In this document: piece by piece, positions 1-9,064 of the stretch
Position numbering within the stretch: the first letter of the stretch is position 1
Layout: every line of letters starts with the position of its first letter
Assembly: GCA_008632985.1 (NCBI GenBank)
Contig: QPGO01000342.1
Coordinates: 1-44,689, forward strand
Origin: Psammoneis japonica
Taxonomy: Eukaryota
Length of the DNA stretch: 44,689 bases
Reading direction: 5' to 3'
Notes under the pieces: generated by a model
What the model saw: only the letters and a program-made list of their open reading frames with translations
Told to the model about the DNA's origin: nothing
The model's database searches: none
Made by a program: the position numbers and the translations under genes

Positions 1-616
1 GCGCGGCACAATAATGCTAAATCTGTCAGCAACAACAATTGAGCCTCTATTCACTCACAATTTGCCTCTAAGGACCATTTCTTTTCTATTACCATGTATA
101 TTTCCTCAATATATTCGACTGATTCAAGTGTATCAATCGTTTATGCCTTTTAAACCGTGAAAAATGGTCCGAAGTCGACGCCATTGCGTGGGCTGAGCTA
201 CACTTCTTCTCACGTCGTCCTAAACTTATTAATCAACGTATGCTTTATTCGATCCGTTGAGTGTAACTCGTATTTGCGTATATAAACAAAATATTAATTA
301 TGCTATGTTAAAGACTTAATTTATATATATTAATTTTATTTTATATGTTTCTTGTTACATTGAGGCATATATAAATCGCTAATCGGAAAATTCGAGCTCT
401 CAACTTACGGTACAATTTAGCGACTAACAACCGAGTCCATCAACAGTTTCGAATACATGGGTACACGCACAAGACAATTCTGTATGTACCCATAACAACA
501 CATTTGTAAATTGTTATGTTTTACTATCGAAAATGGTGCCGCAAGTGTGGACCGCGCGTTTCATGCAAAAAGGGTCATTTTTTCGCGCGTGAGTGCACCC
601 AAGTCTGGAACAAGTC

Positions 617-789
617 ACGCACACAAGTCGGTGTGATCGGGCTACTGTCATCATTCTTGTGAGCCTTGTGGCTCGAAAGCAAACTACATCGCGCGTGAAC
701 GCGCGGAACTGAAGCACATGAAACTGTGCACGGCAAACCAAACAGCACGCGACACTTCGCGCGCACCTGAATCCTGTTCAAATCCTGTC
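617..789 (-). repeat. Partial third LTR copy directly abutting the 3' LTR
   Basis: caagtcggtg...gagccttgtggctcgaaagcaaac...aatcctgttcaaatcctgtc matches LTR positions ~900-1064. Left boundary approximate. Confidence 0.9.
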
Positions 790-1065
790 TGATGGAAAAT
801 GAAGGCAAATGGCAAGAATTCAAACAACAACTCCTTGCTGCTGTCCAAACAGCAGATGAGTCTCCGCTCAGAGACCGTTGCAGGAGCCGAAAGATGTGTG
901 AGTCGGTGCAATCGGGCTGCTGCTGTCATTCTTGTGAGCCTTGTGGCTCGAAAGCAAACTGCATCGCGCGTGAACGCGCGGAGCTGAAGCACACAAAACT
1001 GTGCGCGGCAAACTAAACAGCGCGCGATGCTTCGCGCGCATCCAAATCCTGCTCAAATCCTGTCA
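790..1065 (-). repeat. 3' LTR of the copia element
   Basis: Aligns without gaps to 7623-7898. On the minus strand it starts TGACAGG immediately after the PPT and ends ...CCATCA. Confidence 0.93.
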
Positions 1066-4000
1066 CTCCCCAGTTTGCTTGAGGAGCCACAGAAACAGAT
1101 TCGACTTCGGATGGAATGAAGTTCCAGAACATGAGGGGGCGGAGAAGGTCCCAGATTTGGGAGTGACCCCAATGCTTGCTGAGAATGTCAGCAGGGTTGC
1201 GGGAGCCTTCGATGAAGTGGAACTCAAGGCAACCAGAGGCAATTGCCTCACGCACACGGTGGAACGACAGTGCGGTGTGTCGCTTGTGTAACTTGGAGTG
1301 CGGGATGGTGGCACTGTCTGCAACCGACTTGTTGTCACCGAACATGCAACTGACATTGCGGATCGGGACGCCAAGGCAGCGCAGGGTGATGCGCAGGTCG
1401 ACAATCTGCTCAACACAATTCCTTGCGGCAACAAATTCAGATCCGCAGGTTGCAGTCTCCACGGTGGCTTGTTTCTTGGAGAACCAATCAGCCGGGAATT
1501 TGTTGAGGAAGTGGAGCATTCCCATGACAGAGCGTCCGGTGAGCATGCAATGGCACAAGTTTGCATCGACGCAGTGGGTGGCAGTGACGAACTTGCCAAG
1601 GGGCGGTGGAGCATCCTTCGGGATCATCTCTTCTGCTTCACCATGCACGGAATGCATCCATTCGTAGGCCGGAGCAGGGAGATCCGAATGGTCGGGCTCT
1701 TCCGTGCGAACGCGGAGAGCACCGTGTCGCATCTTGGAGAGGCACCCACAGACGCGTTTGGCACGATCCAAGTGGCCTTGACGGGGCGCAGCTCGGAAGC
1801 TAGAGAGTGACATGACGGCCGTGGCAATGTCAATTCGACCAAGGGACACTGCCCATTGGAGTGAACCAACAAGAGACTGGAACTTGTGAATGCCATCGGG
1901 TCCCAGCAGTTCGGAAGTGTCCAGTTCGGGGTGGTCACCCTTCTCTAGAGGTGACAGGGCGTTGGTGGCAGGTTTCTCCCCAAACAGTCGGGCGCAGCTG
2001 TCGACCATGCGCTCGATGCACTTGCGCAGAGACAGGCACAAGGTTCCGTCGGGGTCCCGGGAAAAGTCGCAACCCAGATGGAACTCAATGGGTCCCGCAC
2101 CCTTGAGCTTGAACTTGCACTTTTCCGTGAGAGTGTCGATGAAAGATTGAGGGTCCTTCATGGCAATGGCGAGGTCATCCACACAAACGGCAATGTGTTC
2201 ACAGTGGTCGCCGTTCCTGCGCATCCAAATGTCGGGTTTGGCGCGGCAGGGGAAGAAGCCTTCAGCTCGCAGGCAGTCGGCGAAGCGCTCGTGCCAGCGG
2301 AGACCGGAGCTGCGGAGTCCATGCAGTGCCTTGTGGATGACAAGGATGTGTCCTTCGAGTTTGCCAAATTCGGGTCCAGCTACAATGTAAAGCTTCTCCT
2401 TGGTGGTGGCTTCAAGGCAGGCATTGCCAATGTCGGTGGCCCATGTCTCCAGCTCGTTGAGTTCGGCCAGGAAAATCATCAGCCGAAGGCCACGAAGGGA
2501 GACTGCTCCGGAGCAGACACTGTCGACAGGTGCGTCCGTGAGGTGCCCGTCGGCTACGAGTCGTGCCTTGTGGCGACCGTCGTGTTTCACGTCGCACACC
2601 AGGTGGACTCGGATCTTCTTGTGTCCCGCAGGAGGAGTGGAAGACTTGAAGGGCCCGCAGTCATGGAAGACTTCGCATTCGTCGAGTTGGTCCATCTCGA
2701 GATTAGTTGCGTCTCCCCACTTGCAGTTGCCATTGCGTTCATCCAGTGACATGGCGTGTTTGCAGTTCCGGGGAACTTCGCATCTGCACTTGTAGCGAGG
2801 TGCAGTGCGGAAGGAGCGAAGCTTGGCTTGGTTGGCCATGCGAAACAGCTTCTTTTGGCGCCTCGCGATGGTGCGGAACCGCTTCCATCCATCCGTGTCG
2901 AGGAGTCCGTTCTCTCGTGCACAGATGGCACAGGTGACGGGGTCGTCCTTGGCGATGATGGCAAGAGGCTCGGACGTGATCTCCCCACTTTCCCATTCAA
3001 GCATGATGTTGTAGCTTGAGCCTTTCCAGGTTGGGTCGTGAGGCTTCAGAGGGCCTTCGTGTGACACGATGCGTCGAAATTTCCAAATGGTGGTGTCTTC
3101 GTCTTCTTGCTCAATGTGATTCATGATGTCATTGCAGGCAAGGACTTCCTCGCATTCGTCATTGTTGACAGAGCAGACGAACTCAGTGAGCTCGGGATTG
3201 CCGCTCACTTTCCATTCATGGTCTTCGACGGCCTTGACGACACGAGCTCTGTGGCGTTGTCCGTCCTCTTGTGGCTGCATGAGGAAGGTACGTCCAATGA
3301 TGTCTTGCGGATCGAAAACTGGCATCTTGGGTGTCCTGATCTCCCCATCAGGAGAATCGACGGGGTTGTCGTCATGGCAAGATTTGATGATGGGTTCAGG
3401 TGGCTCCCCATCAGGAGGATCAAGACGCAGGTTTCGAACGGCAGGATCGGGGGTGGCGGAGCGAACGTTGGACCGGTGGAGGATCTTCTGAGTCTCGTCA
3501 GATAGAATCTTGAAGGTCATCTGGTGGCCGACGTGCTCAGCAATGCCAACGAAGCGCCCATGCAACTCATGAGATTCGGACGGCCAATCGGAGTCATCGA
3601 GGTGGAAGCACACTGGTTCCCACCAGTGAAAGCGAAGCAATGGGCTGATGTCCGGGGTGGATCCAGTGAGAGTCTCGAGGGGCGTGCGCCAGTGGAGACG
3701 TGGGGACGCTGCATGGTTGAGTGTGAAGCACACGCACATGAGCGCCAGCAGCCATGTGTGGGCGGGCGAACCAAAACGGTCCATGACAGTGTTCGCCATG
3801 CACTTCACAGTCTGGTGTCGACGCTCGGCAAAGTTTTGGTGTTGCTGGTGAGGCTCACTTTGCCAGCTGGAGATGAAGAGGGCGCGTAGGATCCCGAGCA
3901 CTTTGTTGCTGATCTCAACTTGAGCACGGTCGCTAATGAGTTTGGATGGTGCACCACGTTCACGGATCTGATCCTCGAGTGTGTTGACAAACTCTTTGTC

Positions 4001-6682
4001 CGTCTCAGTGCCGCAGACGTCAGTGACGGTAGACTCGGTGCCAACAAACAGTTGGGCGCTGGTGCAACCAGAGTCGACGGCCGGGGTGTCGGCACAAACG
4101 GTGTCAGTGGCGACAGGCTCATTGCGACGGTGAACATTGAGGGCGGGGTTGGGTGATTTGAAGGCCTTGCGAAGGTGTGTGCCGGCGGGCATGCGGGCGC
4201 ACTGCGTGGTGCAGTCAAAAGTACGACGGACCGCATCGGCAGGTGGGAAGCCAAAGCAAGGCCGAAGAGACTCGAAGGGTGGGTCCTTGGGCTGTGCAGT
4301 GCGCTCCGGAGGTGGAACGTCATCGCCCTTGGGGTCAATCGCATGCAGATGACACTCGCAGAACACGTCGTCGTTCGGAATGAGGTGATCATCGAGGGCG
4401 GATGCGTGATCGGCAGACAAGGAAGCAGACAAGATGGTCTCGTTGACAACGACACGGTGACGGCAGTTGCCGCATTCGTCAAATGGGTTGGCAGTGGGAT
4501 CGTCCTGTGGGTCAGAGATCGCGTTGCACCACTGGTCATCGTCAGTGACAGAGTGATTGAGGACGGAAGGGTCCCATGTGTCATCACCGGTGAGGATGAC
4601 GTGGGGCAGGGTGTCCCATTCGGCGTCAGTGTGAGGTCGCATGGCAACATGAGGCAGGCCAGCCTTGATGTCAATGGGGATGACATGGCCATCAGGAGTG
4701 GCAATGCGTTGCAAGCCGTTGGGCACCTTGACAGAGCGATCGTTGACATCCTGTTTGTGCCATTCGAGCTGGCCGCAGGAATGGATGGTCTTGCCCTTTC
4801 CCGTGTGTGCGCACTGATGGAGGATGGCGATGACGGGACCACGCTGGGTCTCAATGATGGCACCAGCGGTGACAATGGGGATGTCCACCAATTGATGATC
4901 GTCAATGCCCTGAACGTCGACTTGGCGAGAGGTGCGTGCAATGACGCGGACGTCGTCGCCAGCAATGCCGCCGTTGGCCCCACGATCGACTAGAGCGCCA
5001 GTGCGTGTGGAGCGATGAGCAGAGGCAGAGCAAATGACATTGTGGTTGTTGACACGGCGGCAAGTGCGGCCGTCAAGTTCCATGTCATCTGCAGAAGCTG
5101 GCGGGGTAGAGGAAGCGGCGGATGGCCCCGGTCGACTGGCATTGGGGGCTTGGTTAGGAGACAACAGACGTTGCAGATCACCGGGTGGCAGTGGCTTGCG
5201 CTTGGTGAGGTGCGCCAGGATGGGATCATCCGAAATGGCGTCCACATGTGCAGCGGAGTCACCACAGTCAGCAGGAGTCGTGTTGGACAAGTTGACATCA
5301 CCGTCACTCCCAAGGTGTTGGTCGTGAAGGTTGGCCGTAACAGACTCATGGCAGTTGCTGGCTCGCGGGTTGCGGGGAGGCGGACGAGAGTGCTCAAGGA
5401 TGATCGCCTTGGAGGAATCGGGCAACGAATCCCAGAGCCGTTGGTGGTCGGGAGGGAGACGTCTCCATTGGACACCAGCAATGCTGGGACCGCGGGTGCA
5501 GGCAGCATTGGCGTGAAGGACGTCAACGTCGCTGTCAATGTCGCAGAACACATCGTCGGACGGTTCCTCGGAGCAGACGTCGTGTGCGTGTGTGGCGCAT
5601 CGGGGAGCTCGAGGTGTCGTCTTGGGTTGAAACGTGCTGTCGCACTGAGCTGCCGCGGAGAGGAGCAAGCCACAGCATTGATCGCATGTGAGGCTCTTGC
5701 CACTCTGCGTACGATGCTGATCAGCTTGGTTCTTGACAGCACGGAGTTCCTCGACAGGGTGCACGGCATTCTCGAGCATGACGCGCTTCTGTCCTTCAGA
5801 GAAGTGGTCGCTGGCGGGGATGAGTGCCTCGCACTTGCGCAACTGATCTTGCCAATGAAGGATGAACCCGTGGGTCGGACCTTTCCAAGTGCCATCACCA
5901 AGACGTGCGGTGGTGAGGTGCGTGAGCAGGGTGGAGGACTCGACAGATGCACGGGTGGAGGCAAGCGCGCATTCAGACAAGGAGCGGCAGACGGTCTGTG
6001 CATCAGAGGACCCCACATTTTCACGAATGAGAGCCTTGCCCTTGTCGGTGAGAAGGATGCGTTCGAAGACGGCGAACATGCACTTTTGCTGTTCAGCAAA
6101 GAGCAGTTTGTCTTCGGGGCTGGTCGGTTTGTACGACGAGTCTAGAATGCACTCGACGTCTTGGGCACGGGCTTGTGCCACAAGTGAGGTGTGCCAAGTG
6201 TGCCACTGCTTGTCGGATTTGAGAGCCGTGAAAGCGGTGGGATCACGCTTGATGCCTCGCTTGAAGTCTCGCACCGGGTCGCGTGCCTTGGTCGGGTTGG
6301 TGACATGTGGAGGTGCAAGGGGTGAGCTGCCGATGGACAGAGAGGACATGCAGTCCGGGCTGAGGCGGCAGGCAAGGAACTCGTCATGCGTGAACAAAGA
6401 GGAGTCGTCGGCAACGTCAAGACCTTTGTGTGCTTTGACAATGTACAGACTGACCAGTGCTGCCAACATGTTCTCACAACCACGGGGCAAAGGGATTGCA
6501 CCAGTGCCGTTGTCGCACTCAAGCGAGTCGATTTGGGGCGGCATGAACGTGAACAGTTCCTGATGTGAGTCCGTGCCGTCTTGGGCCAAAGCCAAACGAA
6601 GAGGACTCCCAGCACCTTGGGCAAGCACGGTTCCAACCACGTGCTCGAAACCATCGGTTTGTTGCTGACGAGTGAGAACCAT
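1013..6682 (-). CDS. Copia gag-pol polyprotein; ORF open but probably inactivated by Tyr->Cys/His changes
   Basis: Gag DFKRGIKRD; protease LVDRGANGG; integrase VATDT...ISDRAQVE...QNFAERR; RT KARLVADGH, DIGNACLEA, KALHGLRSSG, VCVDDL; RNase H CVDANL, TCGSEFVAA, GDNKSV, NPADILSK. First ATG at 6682 (MVLTRQQQ). Confidence 0.93.
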   Translation of the reverse strand: MVLTRQQQTDGFEHVVGTVLAQGAGSPLRLALAQDGTDSHQELFTFMPPQIDSLECDNGTGAIPLPRGCENMLAALVSLYIVKAHKGLDVADDSSLFTHDEFLACRLSPDCMSSLSIGSSPLAPPHVTNPTKARDPVRDFKRGIKRDPTAFTALKSDKQWHTWHTSLVAQARAQDVECILDSSYKPTSPEDKLLFAEQQKCMFAVFERILLTDKGKALIRENVGSSDAQTVCRSLSECALASTRASVESSTLLTHLTTARLGDGTWKGPTHGFILHWQDQLRKCEALIPASDHFSEGQKRVMLENAVHPVEELRAVKNQADQHRTQSGKSLTCDQCCGLLLSAAAQCDSTFQPKTTPRAPRCATHAHDVCSEEPSDDVFCDIDSDVDVLHANAACTRGPSIAGVQWRRLPPDHQRLWDSLPDSSKAIILEHSRPPPRNPRASNCHESVTANLHDQHLGSDGDVNLSNTTPADCGDSAAHVDAISDDPILAHLTKRKPLPPGDLQRLLSPNQAPNASRPGPSAASSTPPASADDMELDGRTCRRVNNHNVICSASAHRSTRTGALVDRGANGGIAGDDVRVIARTSRQVDVQGIDDHQLVDIPIVTAGAIIETQRGPVIAILHQCAHTGKGKTIHSCGQLEWHKQDVNDRSVKVPNGLQRIATPDGHVIPIDIKAGLPHVAMRPHTDAEWDTLPHVILTGDDTWDPSVLNHSVTDDDQWCNAISDPQDDPTANPFDECGNCRHRVVVNETILSASLSADHASALDDHLIPNDDVFCECHLHAIDPKGDDVPPPERTAQPKDPPFESLRPCFGFPPADAVRRTFDCTTQCARMPAGTHLRKAFKSPNPALNVHRRNEPVATDTVCADTPAVDSGCTSAQLFVGTESTVTDVCGTETDKEFVNTLEDQIRERGAPSKLISDRAQVEISNKVLGILRALFISSWQSEPHQQHQNFAERRHQTVKCMANTVMDRFGSPAHTWLLALMCVCFTLNHAASPRLHWRTPLETLTGSTPDISPLLRFHWWEPVCFHLDDSDWPSESHELHGRFVGIAEHVGHQMTFKILSDETQKILHRSNVRSATPDPAVRNLRLDPPDGEPPEPIIKSCHDDNPVDSPDGEIRTPKMPVFDPQDIIGRTFLMQPQEDGQRHRARVVKAVEDHEWKVSGNPELTEFVCSVNNDECEEVLACNDIMNHIEQEDEDTTIWKFRRIVSHEGPLKPHDPTWKGSSYNIMLEWESGEITSEPLAIIAKDDPVTCAICARENGLLDTDGWKRFRTIARRQKKLFRMANQAKLRSFRTAPRYKCRCEVPRNCKHAMSLDERNGNCKWGDATNLEMDQLDECEVFHDCGPFKSSTPPAGHKKIRVHLVCDVKHDGRHKARLVADGHLTDAPVDSVCSGAVSLRGLRLMIFLAELNELETWATDIGNACLEATTKEKLYIVAGPEFGKLEGHILVIHKALHGLRSSGLRWHERFADCLRAEGFFPCRAKPDIWMRRNGDHCEHIAVCVDDLAIAMKDPQSFIDTLTEKCKFKLKGAGPIEFHLGCDFSRDPDGTLCLSLRKCIERMVDSCARLFGEKPATNALSPLEKGDHPELDTSELLGPDGIHKFQSLVGSLQWAVSLGRIDIATAVMSLSSFRAAPRQGHLDRAKRVCGCLSKMRHGALRVRTEEPDHSDLPAPAYEWMHSVHGEAEEMIPKDAPPPLGKFVTATHCVDANLCHCMLTGRSVMGMLHFLNKFPADWFSKKQATVETATCGSEFVAARNCVEQIVDLRITLRCLGVPIRNVSCMFGDNKSVADSATIPHSKLHKRHTALSFHRVREAIASGCLEFHFIEGSRNPADILSKHWGHSQIWDLLRPLMFWNFIPSEVESVSVAPQANWGVTGFEQDLDAREASRAV
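1066..1072 (-). other. Polypurine tract
   Basis: Minus strand TGGGGAG immediately precedes the TG start of the 3' LTR. Confidence 0.8.
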
Positions 6683-7611
6683 GGCAGACAAAAATGGTGT
6701 CAGGACAATCAATTCTGGTTGGGAAGCGAAGGTAGACTTGAAACTTGGGTGAGAGTGGACTTGACTTGAAATGGACTTGACTTGAAATCTTGAACCATCT
6801 TAAAATCAGAAGTCGCCGGGCTTTGTCATCCCATTCGTTGTTGAGTGCTAAACTTCCCATCCGGTCCGTAGAGTTGTGCCGGCACGTCCGAACCCGCAGC
6901 CAGCGGCGCTTTGGGTTGCTTGCGAGTGGAGTGGCGGGTTGTAAACCCCTGCAGGCAAGCTGACCAGAGGTGGACAAGACCCCCGAACCGTTCTTATTTT
7001 ATGTCGGTTGGATTTCCCGATCAGGCTGGCCAGTTGACGCAGGCGTTGGGCGCTGTGGACGAACGAACAAACGCGGGAAAGCACCCTCGCCCCAACGCAG
7101 GCTGCAATCATGGCCACTTGCTCTCACAGTCGTCCTCGTGGACCTAGTAGAACTGTAGAGCACCAGTAGTCCGGGGTAGATCAGGTACAATGGACTCGGT
7201 GTGCTTGTAGAGTGGTGGCAAAACCGCAGTCCGAAGAGTGGGTACAGGTTCTTGGCCGTGAAGACATGTATATATATATATGTCTTCAGCGACGAAGATC
7301 CTTGAATATGCAGGGTTCTTGACCGTTAACCGATGAATAGGTATATAAAGGGATGAGGATCAAGGATAGACTTGGATATGACCGTTGAATGTATGTCTTC
7401 AGCGATCAAAGGTAGTATAATCAATCCAGATATCCAGCGGTAAGGAGACTTGACGGTGACGTTAACTTCCTGCCGATGCCCTGGTATTGAATGCGCGTAG
7501 ACTTGCCGATGTATGTAGAATATATACGGAGGTCCACGTAGAATTAAAAATAGCGTCGTTGGTAAATCAACGACGACGATGGCGGTTGCTCAATGGGTTG
7601 ACAATGAGCAA

Positions 7612-7622
7612 GACTGTTAATC
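7612..7622 (-). other. Candidate primer-binding site complementary to the tRNA-Asn(GTT) anticodon arm
   Basis: Minus strand GATTAACAGTC directly follows the 5' LTR. Its complement GACTGTTAATC matches a tRNA-Asn anticodon loop with flanking stem bases. Confidence 0.65.
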
Positions 7623-7898
7623 TGATAGAAAATGAAGGCAAATGGCAAGAATTCAAACAATGACTCCTTACTGCTGTCCAAACAGCAGATGAGTCTCCAC
7701 TCAGAGACCGTCACAGGAGCCGAAAGACGTGCAAGTCGGTGCAATCGGGCTGCTGTTGTCATTCTTGTGAGCCTTGTGGCTCGAAAGCAAACTGCATCAC
7801 GCGTGAACGCGCGGAACTAAAGCACACAAAACTGTGCGCGGTAAACTAAACAGCGCGCGATGCTTCGCGCGCATCCAAATCCTGTTCAAATCCTGCCA
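7623..7898 (-). repeat. 5' LTR of the copia element
   Basis: 276 bp, about 17 substitutions against 790-1065, all transitions, no indels. Confidence 0.93.
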
Positions 7899-8472
7899 CA
7901 ATTCTGTTTCCATGTCATCGGCATGCCTGTGAATGTGATGTTCTTGATTTGCTGCTCATTGAGCAAAGGTTCAGTTCCAGGCAGTTTGTCAGCGCATGAC
8001 GCGACATTTGAGTCATGCTGTCAGCATGCTCGCAAGGAGAACCACCAAAAGGTTTAGAAGAATTTTTCAAAAATTCAAACATCGTGTTGTGCGCTTGATG
8101 ATCGCAGTGTCACTGACAAAAGCGTGCGATTTCTGCGTCAAACCTGGCCATGGTCCGATCTGCTTCCGCGATGCCTGAAACCAAATTGCTCCACACGTCT
8201 TGAGCATTGTCTTCCAACACTTCTTCAAAATGGGTGAATTTTTCAGGTCCTTCATCACAATCCAAACACTTGGCACAGTTCTCAAAACGCTCTGCAGTGC
8301 AGAGCAAGCACTCGATGCCGCACTTGCAGGTGAATTGAGGGCACATTTTCTGTTTCTCAGTGCCATTGTCGCAGCTCTGTGCGAGTTTCACTTTGTCCAA
8401 ATCTCCGTGTTTGAAGGTTGGTTTGTGTGCAAAGCACGGTGCTCTCAGCGAGGCTCTCACCAAATGCGACAT
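7899..8472 (-). pseudogene. Truncated gag-like ORF of a second (probably Ty3/gypsy-type) retroelement, cut by the copia 5' LTR
   Basis: MSHLVRASL...GPEKFTHFEEVLEDNAQDVW...ADRTMARF, then after a frameshift DKLPGTEPLLNEQQIKNITFTGMPMTWKQN, ending exactly at the LTR. TA-depleted. Family assignment is from recalled similarity only. Confidence 0.55.
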
Positions 8473-8977
8473 TGCGTTTGAGGCAAAGAGCTCACAACAA
8501 AGAAAAGAGAAAGAGAGAACAAGACACAGTGTGATCACAGTGAACGGTCTTGATGAGTTGTCCACGAGTGCTTTCTAAAAATTGTGGGAAAAGCTGCGAT
8601 TGACTGCAGCCACAGTGCTCGGGTTTCTGTTGCAGAATTTCTTCGAGGTGTCAACAATCCCGGTCGAATCTCCCGAATCTTGCAGCTGCTGACGTAATTA
8701 TGATGTAGAAGTTTGCTTCACATGATGCGTGAAGCAATGCCGAAAGGTCATTTTGATGAAACAATTTCGTCAAGTTCTTCTGTGTGTCTGTCTGTGTGGG
8801 CGTGTCTGTTGGGTTATGAGTTTGTGTCAGACCACCGCACAAAGAAGTCTGGAAGTATGTACCGGCACATTATCCCGGGAATACAACCCATGTTGTATTC
8901 CGTAGTATTTCTCCGTTGAATTCTACACATTGCACTGACCGTTACCCCACTTCAGCGACCGTATCTTCCGTGTTCTT

Positions 8978-9064
8978 CAGAGGTGCATAAATCGTCTGTT
9001 GTCGTTCGCACACGCGCATTCGCACGTTGCACGCGGGCGACAACAGACGATTTATGCACCTCTG
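8978..9064. repeat. Perfect 27-bp inverted repeat with 33-bp spacer
   Basis: cagaggtgcataaatcgtctgttgtcg (8978-9004) / cgacaacagacgatttatgcacctctg (9038-9064). Confidence 0.9.

Larger units (their letters stand above)
790..7898 (-). mobile_element. Full-length Ty1/copia LTR retrotransposon, diatom CoDi-like, hypermutated
   Basis: Two 276-bp LTRs (790-1065 and 7623-7898) with TG...CA ends, a PPT, a candidate PBS and a single gag-pol ORF in copia order (PR-IN-RT-RH). No matching target-site duplication (ctgtc vs caatt). Confidence 0.95.

Noticed and set aside
3805..6563. Long alternative-frame and antisense ORFs (392, 369, 376, 272 and 233 aa) inside the copia element
   Set aside because: Shadow ORFs explained by loss of TAA/TAG; no recognisable motifs.
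1013..6682. Alternative genetic code (TGY/CAY read as Tyr)
   Set aside because: PDCD2 in the same window uses normal Tyr codons and conserved Cys, and the LTR non-coding sequence shows the same changes.
1013..6682. ADAR-type RNA editing or classic RIP as the cause
   Set aside because: Changes occur on both strands, differ between LTRs and affect non-retro sequences. The direction is opposite to RIP.
7575..7640. tRNA-Asn gene at the GACTGTTAATC motif
   Set aside because: No T-arm or acceptor stem; the sequence continues into the LTR, so it is better read as a PBS.
8649..8841. Possible LTR of the gag remnant (TG...CA bounded)
   Set aside because: No second copy in the window to support it.
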